43,337 nt of DNA from NCBI GenBank assembly GCA_044869275.1, contig JBIOXB010000070.1, positions 1-43,337 of the forward strand, written 5' to 3'. The stretch is from a bacterium. GTDB lineage: Bacteria > Zhuqueibacterota > Zhuqueibacteria > Zhuqueibacterales > Zhuqueibacteraceae. Positions 26,166 to 34,990 of this stretch are shown here, in pieces (within the stretch, counting starts at the first letter, position 1; every line of letters begins with the position of its first letter). The position numbers were made by a program, and so were the translations under genes. Below the pieces are notes generated by a model. The model was not told where the DNA came from and did not search any database. It was given only the letters and a program-made list of their open reading frames with translations.

Positions 26166-28778
26166 TTACTGCACAGTAGTTTTGTAGCTCAGCAGCGATT
26201 TTAGCAGCGTTTTGAGAGAAACCGGCCTAGTGCCGGCGGCAACATTCTGCGCCGCGATTTCAAAGGCATGGTGCCATTGTCGGAACAAGACGCCATAAGC
26301 TTGCGACAAACTGTTGCGCGGATCGTAAATGTTGGTGGCTTCCGAAGTCACGCCATTCAATTCCACGATTTTGAAATTCTGGCCGTTTTTGAAATCTTCC
26401 AGAGAAGGCGTGCGAATATCGTAGCGACCAAAATAAAAGCCGTGAAATTTTTTGCTGACGCGATCAATCGCTTCCACCAGCGCCGGCGTCTTGATGGGCG
26501 CGCCGTCCAAAAACATCGCGCCGCGGCAATGGGTGCCCAATTCGACCAGGGTCATGCGCTCGCCCGGCGGCAGGATTTCCTGCAGACGAGCATGATGCTG
26601 ATTCAGATAAAAGGGCGCCATGCACACGGCCCGATCATCTTTGAGAATCAACTCTTCGAGCGTGCTTTTGCCGTCACCCGTCACCGTGGGGAAGCGTTTG
26701 TCCGTAATGGCGTAAATTTCCCCTTTTTCCCGATTGGGATAACGATAATAAAACACCCCAAATTCATAGCCGGCAACATATTCCTGCACGATCACGCCAC
26801 CCTCGGCGTGCCGGAGATATTCTTCAAGATCCTTTTGCGCGCGGACAATTGCCACCCCGGTGCCGCGCTGCCCGACGTCCGGCTTGAGCACGACAGGCAG
26901 AGACAATTGGTGCTGCTGCATGAAGCGTTGCACTTGCTGCAGGCGCTCATCGAAATGCCGCGCCCGCACCAAGGCATAGCGCGCGACGTAACCATTGGCA
27001 TCGGACAGCTCTTGCAGAATATCGAACTTGGATTCGCCGATGAAACCACCGGCAAACATGCCGGGATTCGCTGCCGTGAACAAAGTCAGTGAGCGGTGCT
27101 TGAGCGCGAGATAAGCACAATACAAAACGACGGGCGGATAAAATGCCCACATCGGCCAAAACTCCCAACGCGTTTTGCGCCGCCACCAAGAGAGCAACAG
27201 ACGCCGCCCGCGGAAACTAGACAGCGGAACGATGAGGCGTAACAACAACCAAATCATGATCAAGCTGGCGAGAAAAACGGGCAAGGCGTACTGCCCATAG
27301 AGCGAAAGATATTTCGTGAGGGGCTGGCCGAGCCACGCCGCAAACAGCACCAGCAATGGCGTCCAGAGTGCCGCGGCACCCAGCAGATAAAATGAGAATT
27401 TCCAGAAATTCGCCCCCAGCAAGCCGGCGGCAACATAGGTTGGCAATCGGCTGCCGGGAAGAAAGCGGCTCAGAAACGCTGTCTTCGCGCCCTGCTCATC
27501 AAACCAGATTCTGGCTTTGGCCAACTGCTCTGCGTTGACCAACCAGCGCAATGGCGCCCGGGTGAGTGCAGGCCTTCCCAACCATCTTCCCAGCGCATAG
27601 AGCAGCACATCGCCAAAAAAAATGCCCAGCAAGCAGGCCATGGCCGCAGGGAAAAAGTTCATCGTACCACGCGTCACCAGTAACCCCGCGCCGATACAGG
27701 TGAGATCCTCACTCACGAACGTCGCCACGGCCAGCATGAGCAGCAAAACGGCCAGTGCAATGCCTTGCGGTTTCGGGATCGTCGCCGGATCAAAAGGCTC
27801 GCGCGCTCGCGCCCGGCGTGCGGCATCGGCTTGTGCCAGTGTTAGTGCCTCTCTCCTTTCCGCGTGTTGCACGAAGGAAGCGAGTGTGGGCACGAGCAAT
27901 CCCGCTTGCGTAAAAACCAGCTCATGCCCGCCCGCAAAGAGTTGCAGATTGCTTTGCGGCAGCAGGCGATGATGCTCGAGCGCGGCCGCCAATGGCACGA
28001 GCGGATCATCTTTTCCGTGTATGATCAGTGTGGGACCCTCATATTGTTGCAACTTCGCGCGCAACGGGCGCTGGTCGGTATCAAAAAAATTTCGCGCATA
28101 AGAAACATTCAAGTAAGCATCATCCATGTAGCCGAAATGCGGAAAGCCTTCCTGCAGCAGCCACAAAAACACGAGTTGCGCGCCATGCACGGCGTGGTTG
28201 AGATGATAATCGCCGAATAATTCCATTTCTTGCACGCCGATCGCCGATATCAGAGAGAGCGATTGCACGCGCGCTCTGGCCAGTTCGGTCAGGTGAATCG
28301 CCACACCGCCCCCCATACTGTACCCCACGAGGTGCACACGCTCAATCTGCAACTGTTCCAACATTTGCGCGAGATAGTGCGCATGCGCGCGAATCGAATA
28401 ATCCGGAATATCCAAAGTTGAGCCGCGGAACCCCGGCAGATCCGGCACCAAGACCCGCCCATGTTTGGCCAGCAGTGGCGCCAAATCGTCGAATGTTTCC
28501 GAGGCCATGGGAGTTCCGTGCAGCAGCAGAATGACGGGAGGATCTCCAGCCTCGGGTCCGCGCAGATCCCGAAAAGCGAGGGTTATTTTTGCGGGAAGAA
28601 ATTGCTGACCGCGCACGGCTTGCACCGTGATTGAATTCTGATCCGGGCGAGGATGAGCCACCGCACGATGAGACCAGCGCACAAGGTGGGACAATAATAA
28701 CAGGCCGCCGTAAAAAAGCCAGGCATACCTGCGCAGAAATCCGGGTTTACGCGGTGGCGATGCCGATTTTTCAATCAT
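26166..28778 (-). CDS. Alpha/beta-hydrolase + DedA/VTT + ATP-grasp triple fusion protein
   Basis: Hydrolase: HGTP, DLPG, GYSMGG, D and H. DedA: SEDL, GD, SRFLPGSR. ATP-grasp: KPDVGQRGTGV, GRYDIR, ELNG. Confidence 0.88.
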   Translation of the reverse strand: MIEKSASPPRKPGFLRRYAWLFYGGLLLLSHLVRWSHRAVAHPRPDQNSITVQAVRGQQFLPAKITLAFRDLRGPEAGDPPVILLLHGTPMASETFDDLAPLLAKHGRVLVPDLPGFRGSTLDIPDYSIRAHAHYLAQMLEQLQIERVHLVGYSMGGGVAIHLTELARARVQSLSLISAIGVQEMELFGDYHLNHAVHGAQLVFLWLLQEGFPHFGYMDDAYLNVSYARNFFDTDQRPLRAKLQQYEGPTLIIHGKDDPLVPLAAALEHHRLLPQSNLQLFAGGHELVFTQAGLLVPTLASFVQHAERREALTLAQADAARRARAREPFDPATIPKPQGIALAVLLLMLAVATFVSEDLTCIGAGLLVTRGTMNFFPAAMACLLGIFFGDVLLYALGRWLGRPALTRAPLRWLVNAEQLAKARIWFDEQGAKTAFLSRFLPGSRLPTYVAAGLLGANFWKFSFYLLGAAALWTPLLVLFAAWLGQPLTKYLSLYGQYALPVFLASLIMIWLLLRLIVPLSSFRGRRLLLSWWRRKTRWEFWPMWAFYPPVVLYCAYLALKHRSLTLFTAANPGMFAGGFIGESKFDILQELSDANGYVARYALVRARHFDERLQQVQRFMQQHQLSLPVVLKPDVGQRGTGVAIVRAQKDLEEYLRHAEGGVIVQEYVAGYEFGVFYYRYPNREKGEIYAITDKRFPTVTGDGKSTLEELILKDDRAVCMAPFYLNQHHARLQEILPPGERMTLVELGTHCRGAMFLDGAPIKTPALVEAIDRVSKKFHGFYFGRYDIRTPSLEDFKNGQNFKIVELNGVTSEATNIYDPRNSLSQAYGVLFRQWHHAFEIAAQNVAAGTRPVSLKTLLKSLLSYKTTVQ

Positions 28779-28818
28779 GCGGCAAGGTTTTCTCTGAATC
28801 GCAGCCAAGAAGTCTTGA

Positions 28819-29607
28819 TCATCGTTCTGACATTTTTACCACGGGTGTGAATAAACGAGAAATGCGCGCATGCAGCTCTTGCGCCAATTTTTTGCGATCT
28901 TCCTCCAGCACCGTATCTTCGCCGAATACGATTTCCGCCTCGAAGCGGGGCACCTTGAGCAGATTGAATACGTGCGTGGAAAAACCCATGTCACCCCACC
29001 AGCACACCGCGAGGTGCGCCGGAACTTCCCCGGGTTCCGTGCGATAGCCGAGGCTGGCATAATGTACTGGCTGCCGGCTTTGCACGGCAAATTCCAGCAA
29101 CGAGGGCTTCAGGGGATTCACCTGCGTGCCCGAACTGCTCGTGCCTTCCGCGAAGAGCGCGATGCCTTCGCCGCGCGCCAGGGCCGTGGCAATCAGATTT
29201 CCGACGCGCACCACGTCTTTGCGCACATCGCGGTTGATGTAAATCGTTCCCATCATTGTGGTCAAATGGCCGATGATGGGCCAGCTCTTGACGTCGTGCC
29301 GCGAGATGAACGTGCAGCCGAGCTGAGAGGCCAGCAAGATGACGTCGAGGTAGCTCAAGTGATTGGTGACCAGCAGAAAAGGCGGTTGGGGCGGCTGGCC
29401 ACTCACCCTGATGCGCATGCCGAAAATTTTGGCCATGCCGCCGGACCATCTGCGAAAAATCCACGTAGACCAGTGGCGATTGCTTTTGCGCCGAAGCCGC
29501 GCGCAGAGAATTCCGATTTGCCAGATGGAATAGACAAGTGCCGTGAACAGACTCAGCCCGCAGATGCGAAAAACGGCGCGTAGGGTTCTCAAAGGCTCAC
29601 TCTTCAC
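28819..29607 (-). CDS. Lysophospholipid acyltransferase family protein (OlsA/PlsC-like)
   Basis: NHLSYLD (HxxxxD), FAEGT and CWWGD motifs typical of the OlsA-like subgroup. Confidence 0.9.
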   Translation of the reverse strand: MKSEPLRTLRAVFRICGLSLFTALVYSIWQIGILCARLRRKSNRHWSTWIFRRWSGGMAKIFGMRIRVSGQPPQPPFLLVTNHLSYLDVILLASQLGCTFISRHDVKSWPIIGHLTTMMGTIYINRDVRKDVVRVGNLIATALARGEGIALFAEGTSSSGTQVNPLKPSLLEFAVQSRQPVHYASLGYRTEPGEVPAHLAVCWWGDMGFSTHVFNLLKVPRFEAEIVFGEDTVLEEDRKKLAQELHARISRLFTPVVKMSER

Positions 29608-30448
29608 GGAAGAAATATCTGGCGCTGCGCGGATCGAGATGCTGCACGTCGAACAGCGCGAGGTAATCAATGGTTCTGAAACGGCGATCCAAAGCCGGCG
29701 GGCCGCAAATCTTGGCGCCGATCATCAGATAAATCTGCATCAAGCGCGGCAATTCTACAGGTTTTTCGTCCGTCACGGCAAAGCCCGCCGGATAACAGCG
29801 ATATGCGGCGTGCGGCTGAACGTGCCAATGCGGATGAAGGTAGTGATGGGCGCATAAATAGTCCATCACCCTCTTTCCGTCCCCGGCCTCCTGGCTGGTC
29901 AATGAGCAGCAGCCAAAAAGGTAGCGTTTGTGGTTGTACGTGAGATATTGCGCCAAACCGCGCCACAAGAGATTCAACACCTGCTTGCTGCGATATTTCT
30001 GCGCCACACAGGCACGCCCGAGCTCGACGGATTGCGCGATCATCTCCGGCGGCAGCTGGGCAAGGTCGAACTCACTGTGAGAATAAAAGCCCTCCACCGC
30101 GCCGGCCATCTCGAAAGTCTGCATGCGATACGTGCCCACGGCTTCGCTGGTGCTCAGGTTGGTGACCAGCAGGTGATGGCACCTGGCGTCAAACTCATCT
30201 TCGTCACGGCCGGTCGCATATGAGGTCTCCAGCCCCTCGTGTAATTCCAAATTAAAAACCGCGAAGCGCAATTTGAGAATGGCGTCCAGTTCGGCAGCGG
30301 TGCGCGCAAAGCGCAGATGGAATTGACCTGCAACGATTTCCGTCTCCGGCAAAAACTCCCGGAAACGGGGATAGTTTAGTGCAGTTGAATCGGGAGGCAT
30401 GTTGGCAGCCTTTGCTTCTCGGCGCAACCAGGCGTTCAAAGGATTCAA
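29597..30448 (-). CDS. GNAT N-acyltransferase, OlsB-like (N-acyl amino acid synthase)
   Basis: LRFAVF.EL, D.DEFD..C.HLLV, VGTYR, ELGRACV, YLFGCCS and PPALD..F.TID motifs. Confidence 0.9.
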   Translation of the reverse strand: MNPLNAWLRREAKAANMPPDSTALNYPRFREFLPETEIVAGQFHLRFARTAAELDAILKLRFAVFNLELHEGLETSYATGRDEDEFDARCHHLLVTNLSTSEAVGTYRMQTFEMAGAVEGFYSHSEFDLAQLPPEMIAQSVELGRACVAQKYRSKQVLNLLWRGLAQYLTYNHKRYLFGCCSLTSQEAGDGKRVMDYLCAHHYLHPHWHVQPHAAYRCYPAGFAVTDEKPVELPRLMQIYLMIGAKICGPPALDRRFRTIDYLALFDVQHLDPRSARYFFREE

Positions 30449-31251
30449 TCCAAGGCACGAAACATGGCCGGATCGGCGCGCAACGTCAGAAGATTGTCAT
30501 ATTGCCAAACCTGGCCGGAAATCTCCAGCGGCCGCGCAACATAATCCAGGATCTTTTGATTGGTGCTATGACCTTCGGGGGAAAGCAACATGAGATATAA
30601 CACCTCCTCATGCGCTTGGCGCACGATAAAGACCGGCGGACTGCCGCCGGCAATGCAGCGCACCGCGCAGCTCTTGTGGGTCTTCAAATCTCCGGGATTC
30701 ATCACCCCGAAAAAGCATTTGCTGTCAACGATCTCGCCGCGCAGAGTAAAATTACCCAGCGTGGCCGTCTGCGTCGCGTGCGCCGGAGGCTCCACCGCCA
30801 GCGTTTGCAGCGACAGGGAGCGCGGCTCAACTTCGATCATGGTTTGATCATCGCGATAAATCAGCTTGCCGCGCAGCTGCACGAACTGGCTGTCCCATTC
30901 GGCTGCTTCTGCCGCCACGCCGAATTTGCCCTGGCCCACGAGATAATAGCGCGAATAAGCGGGCAGGTGGCCATGTTTGCCCGGGCGCAACACCTTCAGC
31001 GTGGGATGAGGCTTGGAGATGAGCAGGCCGCTGAATTCACGTGGCTGTAAAAACTCAAAAAAACTCGCGGCAAACGGCTTTTGGGCACTGACCAACGCGA
31101 AAGCGGCCAAAGCGGCAACACCGAACGCAGCTAAAACAAATTTGCGCACGCGTGTGGTGATTTGCGCCGGCGCCTGCGGTAAATATCCGATGTAGAATTC
31201 GTCATTCTGTTGTGGCATGACAATCTCCTGCCGACGTATTCGTAAGCTCAT
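30445..31251 (-). CDS. Membrane-anchored hypothetical protein with D-x-K-C...H-x-x-C-A-x-x-C motif
   Basis: One N-terminal TM helix and GEIVDSKCFFGVMNPG..KTHKSCAVRCIAGG. Overlaps both neighbours by 4 nt. Confidence 0.8.
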   Translation of the reverse strand: MSLRIRRQEIVMPQQNDEFYIGYLPQAPAQITTRVRKFVLAAFGVAALAAFALVSAQKPFAASFFEFLQPREFSGLLISKPHPTLKVLRPGKHGHLPAYSRYYLVGQGKFGVAAEAAEWDSQFVQLRGKLIYRDDQTMIEVEPRSLSLQTLAVEPPAHATQTATLGNFTLRGEIVDSKCFFGVMNPGDLKTHKSCAVRCIAGGSPPVFIVRQAHEEVLYLMLLSPEGHSTNQKILDYVARPLEISGQVWQYDNLLTLRADPAMFRALD

Positions 31252-32282
31252 CGCACACGGGCCGGCTCAACACGCGTGCCCGGCAAATTGGGACGGGAAT
31301 GCACATAGACTTTTCCGCTTTCGACTTTCACGTTGAAAGTCGGAATCTTTTCTGCAAACGGCGGCGGCGAAGCGCCGGTGTCCGGCAAATACTGATAACC
31401 GTGCCACGGGCAGGTAATACAGCCCTCAACAATTTTGCCCTCGCCCAGCGGGCCGTTTTGATGCTGGCACACATTCGACACTGCCGAAATCTTGCCGTCG
31501 AATTTAAATACCGCGACGCGCTCGCCCGCCAAGGTAAATATGCACGCGCGCTTTTCGGGAATATCCTCCACGGCACAAACCGCGACGAAGCCCTCGGCGT
31601 GCGCCGCCAGAGCTTGTGCGTCGAGTTTTCTTTCTTTATAAGCCGCGGTGAGATGCAGGCCCAGCACGACGATCGTTCCCGCTGCGACCAAACCCACCAG
31701 CAGCGGACTGCTCTCGGATTGCAGCCAGCCTAACGCCACGTGCATAATCAACGCCGCATAGGCCGCATAAACCATCATATGTAAAGACTTCCACACCGGC
31801 GCGGTGAGATGCGCCAGCCAAAAATCGTGGCTGGTGGCTGCCATGAGAAACAAAATCAACAAAGCAAAAATTCCGAGAATTTCAAACGGGAAATCAGGCA
31901 GACTGCCAAAATTCGTATTGCTCGCCAGCACGCTGACGAAAGGGTTGAGGTTGCTTAACGCATGATACTGAAAAATGCTAAAGCCGCCGTGCGCCGCGGC
32001 CAGTATGAACATGGTCACGCCCATGTGCCGGCGGTTGTACAGCAACGGCAGGAAACGCGCGTCGAGGCGGCAGAGCGGTCCGATGATCAAAATGACGTGC
32101 AACAGAACCAATGCCGCCGTACCCAGGCCGCGAATCAGCAGGGTTTCGAGCGTCGCCGTGGGATGCGCCAAAATTCCAACAACGACGAAAATGCCGAGAT
32201 ACAGCAGCACGCCGGAAAACAACAGCGCGTCGTAGATGCGCTTCTGCCGGTTCCATCCGATCGCGCGATAGCCAACACTCAT
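31248..32282 (-). CDS. Ferric-reductase/MsrQ-like heme b membrane domain fused to a Rieske [2Fe-2S] domain
   Basis: RRHMGV..AHG and WKSLH..Y..MH heme histidines; Rieske CQH...CPWHG. Confidence 0.9.
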   Translation of the reverse strand: MSVGYRAIGWNRQKRIYDALLFSGVLLYLGIFVVVGILAHPTATLETLLIRGLGTAALVLLHVILIIGPLCRLDARFLPLLYNRRHMGVTMFILAAAHGGFSIFQYHALSNLNPFVSVLASNTNFGSLPDFPFEILGIFALLILFLMAATSHDFWLAHLTAPVWKSLHMMVYAAYAALIMHVALGWLQSESSPLLVGLVAAGTIVVLGLHLTAAYKERKLDAQALAAHAEGFVAVCAVEDIPEKRACIFTLAGERVAVFKFDGKISAVSNVCQHQNGPLGEGKIVEGCITCPWHGYQYLPDTGASPPPFAEKIPTFNVKVESGKVYVHSRPNLPGTRVEPARVR

Positions 32283-32779
32283 GGCCTTCCTCCCTTTTGC
32301 AGAATTTGAGGCGTGGGGAGGTGAGCTTGCGCGATGAAGCTTTGGTGGGCGAGGCTGAACAACACGAGATAGCCATCATGCTGCAGAGCATTTTGCGGCA
32401 AAAGCCAGCGCCGCGGTTGCGTGCCGGCCAGCGTGCCGAGAAGGAAAGCATCCTTCAAATTGGCGTCATCCTTTTCATTCCAATAAACCAGAATCTCCGG
32501 GTGCGCCAAGGCAACGGCAGGATGCAGCTCAACGGCTAATTCTGCCGGCTGCGCAGCATGGGCATATATTCGTGTCACGATTTTTTGATCGGCCCACAAG
32601 TCTTCCTTTTCAAAAATGCATTGCTGCAATGCCGCACTCGGATTTTGCGGAAGTGACCGCGCATTTTCCGCGGGCCTCCGTTCTGCACGGAATGCGATCG
32701 CTGCAACGAATGCCAGGGGCAAGGCCGCGCTTAAAACGCTGAAAATCGCCCGATGCTTTTTGCGAAGGCTGTGGATCAT
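32279..32779 (-). CDS. Hypothetical membrane-anchored protein
   Basis: MIHSLRKKHR followed by a TM helix; P..LVYW and LFSLAHQ motifs. ATGA overlap with the Rieske gene. Confidence 0.75.
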   Translation of the reverse strand: MIHSLRKKHRAIFSVLSAALPLAFVAAIAFRAERRPAENARSLPQNPSAALQQCIFEKEDLWADQKIVTRIYAHAAQPAELAVELHPAVALAHPEILVYWNEKDDANLKDAFLLGTLAGTQPRRWLLPQNALQHDGYLVLFSLAHQSFIAQAHLPTPQILQKGGRP

Positions 32780-32902
32780 GCTCAAATTAAAAAGCAACCA
32801 AAACGATCGCCGCCATGACGCTGAGGATCATTGTGATTGCTGATGCGAATGGAGAAAAGGACGATGAGCCTGGGCACGGCGCACGGTTTTATGACCAGGG
32901 AG

Positions 32903-33175
32903 TTATTTTTTGACGTCCACACGCAGCGCCGCGAGGCGATGCGCGTTGCGCTCCTCAGAGGCCGGGCCGCCGTGCCGCCAACGCTTCGCCAGCCAAGGCC
33001 AAAGCAAAACCGCGCCGGGCATGATGATGAGTCGGAAACCCAGCGTGCCCTGCGCGGCAGCGGGATCGATTTTGCGCGCGCCTCGAATCACGAAAGCAAT
33101 GGCGAAGACCAGGCCCAACGCCAGATACAGGCCGATGCTGGTCACAAGAATTTGCGCGAGCATAACGCGATTCAC
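32903..33175 (-). CDS. Small 2-TM hypothetical protein
   Basis: GAGG Shine-Dalgarno and Y..LG..FA..F..G..KIDP.A...GFRLIIMPG..LLWP. First gene of the operon. Confidence 0.75.
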   Translation of the reverse strand: MNRVMLAQILVTSIGLYLALGLVFAIAFVIRGARKIDPAAAQGTLGFRLIIMPGAVLLWPWLAKRWRHGGPASEERNAHRLAALRVDVKK

Positions 33176-33219
33176 AACGCCGCCTCATGCCGAGTGAGGT
33201 CCGAGAATAGGAATGATGT

Positions 33220-33248
33220 ACCTTACAAATTTATTCGACACAATGCAA
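33220..33248 (-). promoter_or_regulatory. Putative sigma70 promoter of the 33175-26166 operon
   Basis: TTGCAT-N17-TAAGGT on the minus strand. Confidence 0.35.
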
Positions 33249-33324
33249 GTGGGATTTCGGAAAGTGCACGTCTAGGCAAAGCCACTAGCTCCAGCCCAAA
33301 GTCCCTTCACGCTGGGATGGAAAC

Positions 33325-33509
33325 TTATTGCTCCCAGAAAGCCTGCCTGGAAGCGCGATAGAGGTTGCCGCTTTCGCCCGCTGCTTCCACGGACACGACA
33401 TAAATTCCGCCCGGCAGCAAACCACCACCATCATCCCGGCCGTCCCATTCCGCATGGTGGCGGCCTCGTTCCGTCAGAGCGCACAGAATTCGGCGGCACG
33501 CGCCGTAGA
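33325..33509 (-). pseudogene. Orphan fragment of a FlgD-Ig-like C-terminal domain
   Basis: Manual translation gives ..RGRHHAEWDGRDDGGGLLPGGIYVVSVEAAGESG..WEQ*. No start codon and an in-frame stop just upstream. Confidence 0.6.
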
Positions 33510-33738
33510 CTAAATTTCAGTCGCATTGATTTGTGACTGGCAAGAACAATACCATCTCCCGCCATTTGACCGTCCCCGGTGAGGTCGGCAAAAACGGAAC
33601 ATTGTCGCACTTTTTATACACCGCAACCTTGCGCTAGGCCGGAGGGAAATGGACGATCTCGAAAATGTCAGCCTGGCTCCGCAAAAAATGAAAGCCACTT
33701 ACAAAATTGAAAAAGAGACGTGCGGCTCAAACTGGTTC

Positions 33739-33766
33739 TTGCAATCGGTTGCGAGATTGTTATCTT
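33739..33766 (+). promoter_or_regulatory. Putative sigma70 promoter of the plus-strand three-gene cluster
   Basis: TTGCAA-N16-TATCTT with an extended -10 TG. Confidence 0.35.
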
Positions 33767-33841
33767 TCTCTCGTTCATTTTTCAATTGGAATGACTGGTT
33801 TCCTTCAAATCGAACGCGCCACTCTTAATGGATGCGAGCCC

Positions 33842-34990
33842 ATGCTGACTTTAAAACTTTCCGGCCAAGCGCCCTATCAGATCGATAACCCTGTACGCAT
33901 TCACACCCCGCGACTGCTGATTTTCCGTGATCGGGTCGAGCACAACATGCAAAAGATGAAAAGCTATCTTGAAAAAATCGCGCCCGGCAGCGGATTTCGC
34001 CATCTCTGCCCCCATGTGAAGACCAACAAATCCTCCTTGCTCACGCGTTGGATGGTGCAAAGCGGTGTGACCCATGTCAAAGTCACGATGCGGGAAGTGG
34101 AAATTGCAATTTCTGCGGGTGCGAAGAACATTTTTGTCGCTTATCCCCTGCTCGCTCATGAGGCGAAGGTGCTTGCGCGCCATCTCAAAGAACATCCGGA
34201 AACGAATTTTGAGGTACAGATCGGGAGTTGGGCGCATTTCGAGATTTTAGCGGAGGTCGCGCGCGCCGAAAAAATCTGCTGGCATTATTTGCTGGACCTC
34301 GATGTGGGTATGCACCGTACGGGCATGGCGCCGGAACAGGCTTTGCCACTCTTTGAGGCGATCTCTCAAAACCCAAGTTTTTCGTTTGGCGGATTGCACG
34401 GCTATGATGGCCACAATCATTTCGCGCAGGAACACGAGCGCCGGGAAGAAGCGCAGAAGTCGATGGCGAGATTGCTGGAAGTGGCGAGGCGATTGTATGC
34501 CCGAAAAGTCCCGGTGCCGCGTCTCGTGGCCGCCGGCTCGCCCGCGTACCGTTTCGATTTGGAATTTTTACTGCGCGAACTTCCGGCCGAGACTTTGGCG
34601 CAAGTTTCACCCGGCACGTGGATTCTGTGGGATTCCGGTTATGAGGCTTTGTCGCCAGGCGAATTTGAAATCGCCGCGGTGATTTTGGCGCAGGTGATGG
34701 ACGTGGGTGCCCCTCATCGCCTCACCCTGAATCTCGGGCACAAACGCTGGGCCGCCGAACAAGGTCCGGTGCAGCTTTTCAGCCGGCCGGAGATGACGGT
34801 CGTTTCGTTCAGTGAAGAGCACACGGTGCTGCAGCATCCGCCCGGCGAAAAGTTCGCCGTCGGCGATTACGTCTTGATCGCGCCGCGCCACGTGTGCCCG
34901 ACGGTGAATTTGTACGAGGATTTTACTCTGATCGGCCCGAATGGTGAGCTGGAGATCGCTGCGTCGCGCGTGGATGGGAGAAATCGATGA
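33842..34990 (+). CDS. Fold-type III PLP enzyme, D-threonine aldolase / D-serine dehydratase (DSD1)-like
   Basis: TP, PHVKT (PLP Lys), DVGMHRTG, HGYDGH, SEEH and PRHVCPTVNL motifs. Confidence 0.9.
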   Translation: MLTLKLSGQAPYQIDNPVRIHTPRLLIFRDRVEHNMQKMKSYLEKIAPGSGFRHLCPHVKTNKSSLLTRWMVQSGVTHVKVTMREVEIAISAGAKNIFVAYPLLAHEAKVLARHLKEHPETNFEVQIGSWAHFEILAEVARAEKICWHYLLDLDVGMHRTGMAPEQALPLFEAISQNPSFSFGGLHGYDGHNHFAQEHERREEAQKSMARLLEVARRLYARKVPVPRLVAAGSPAYRFDLEFLLRELPAETLAQVSPGTWILWDSGYEALSPGEFEIAAVILAQVMDVGAPHRLTLNLGHKRWAAEQGPVQLFSRPEMTVVSFSEEHTVLQHPPGEKFAVGDYVLIAPRHVCPTVNLYEDFTLIGPNGELEIAASRVDGRNR

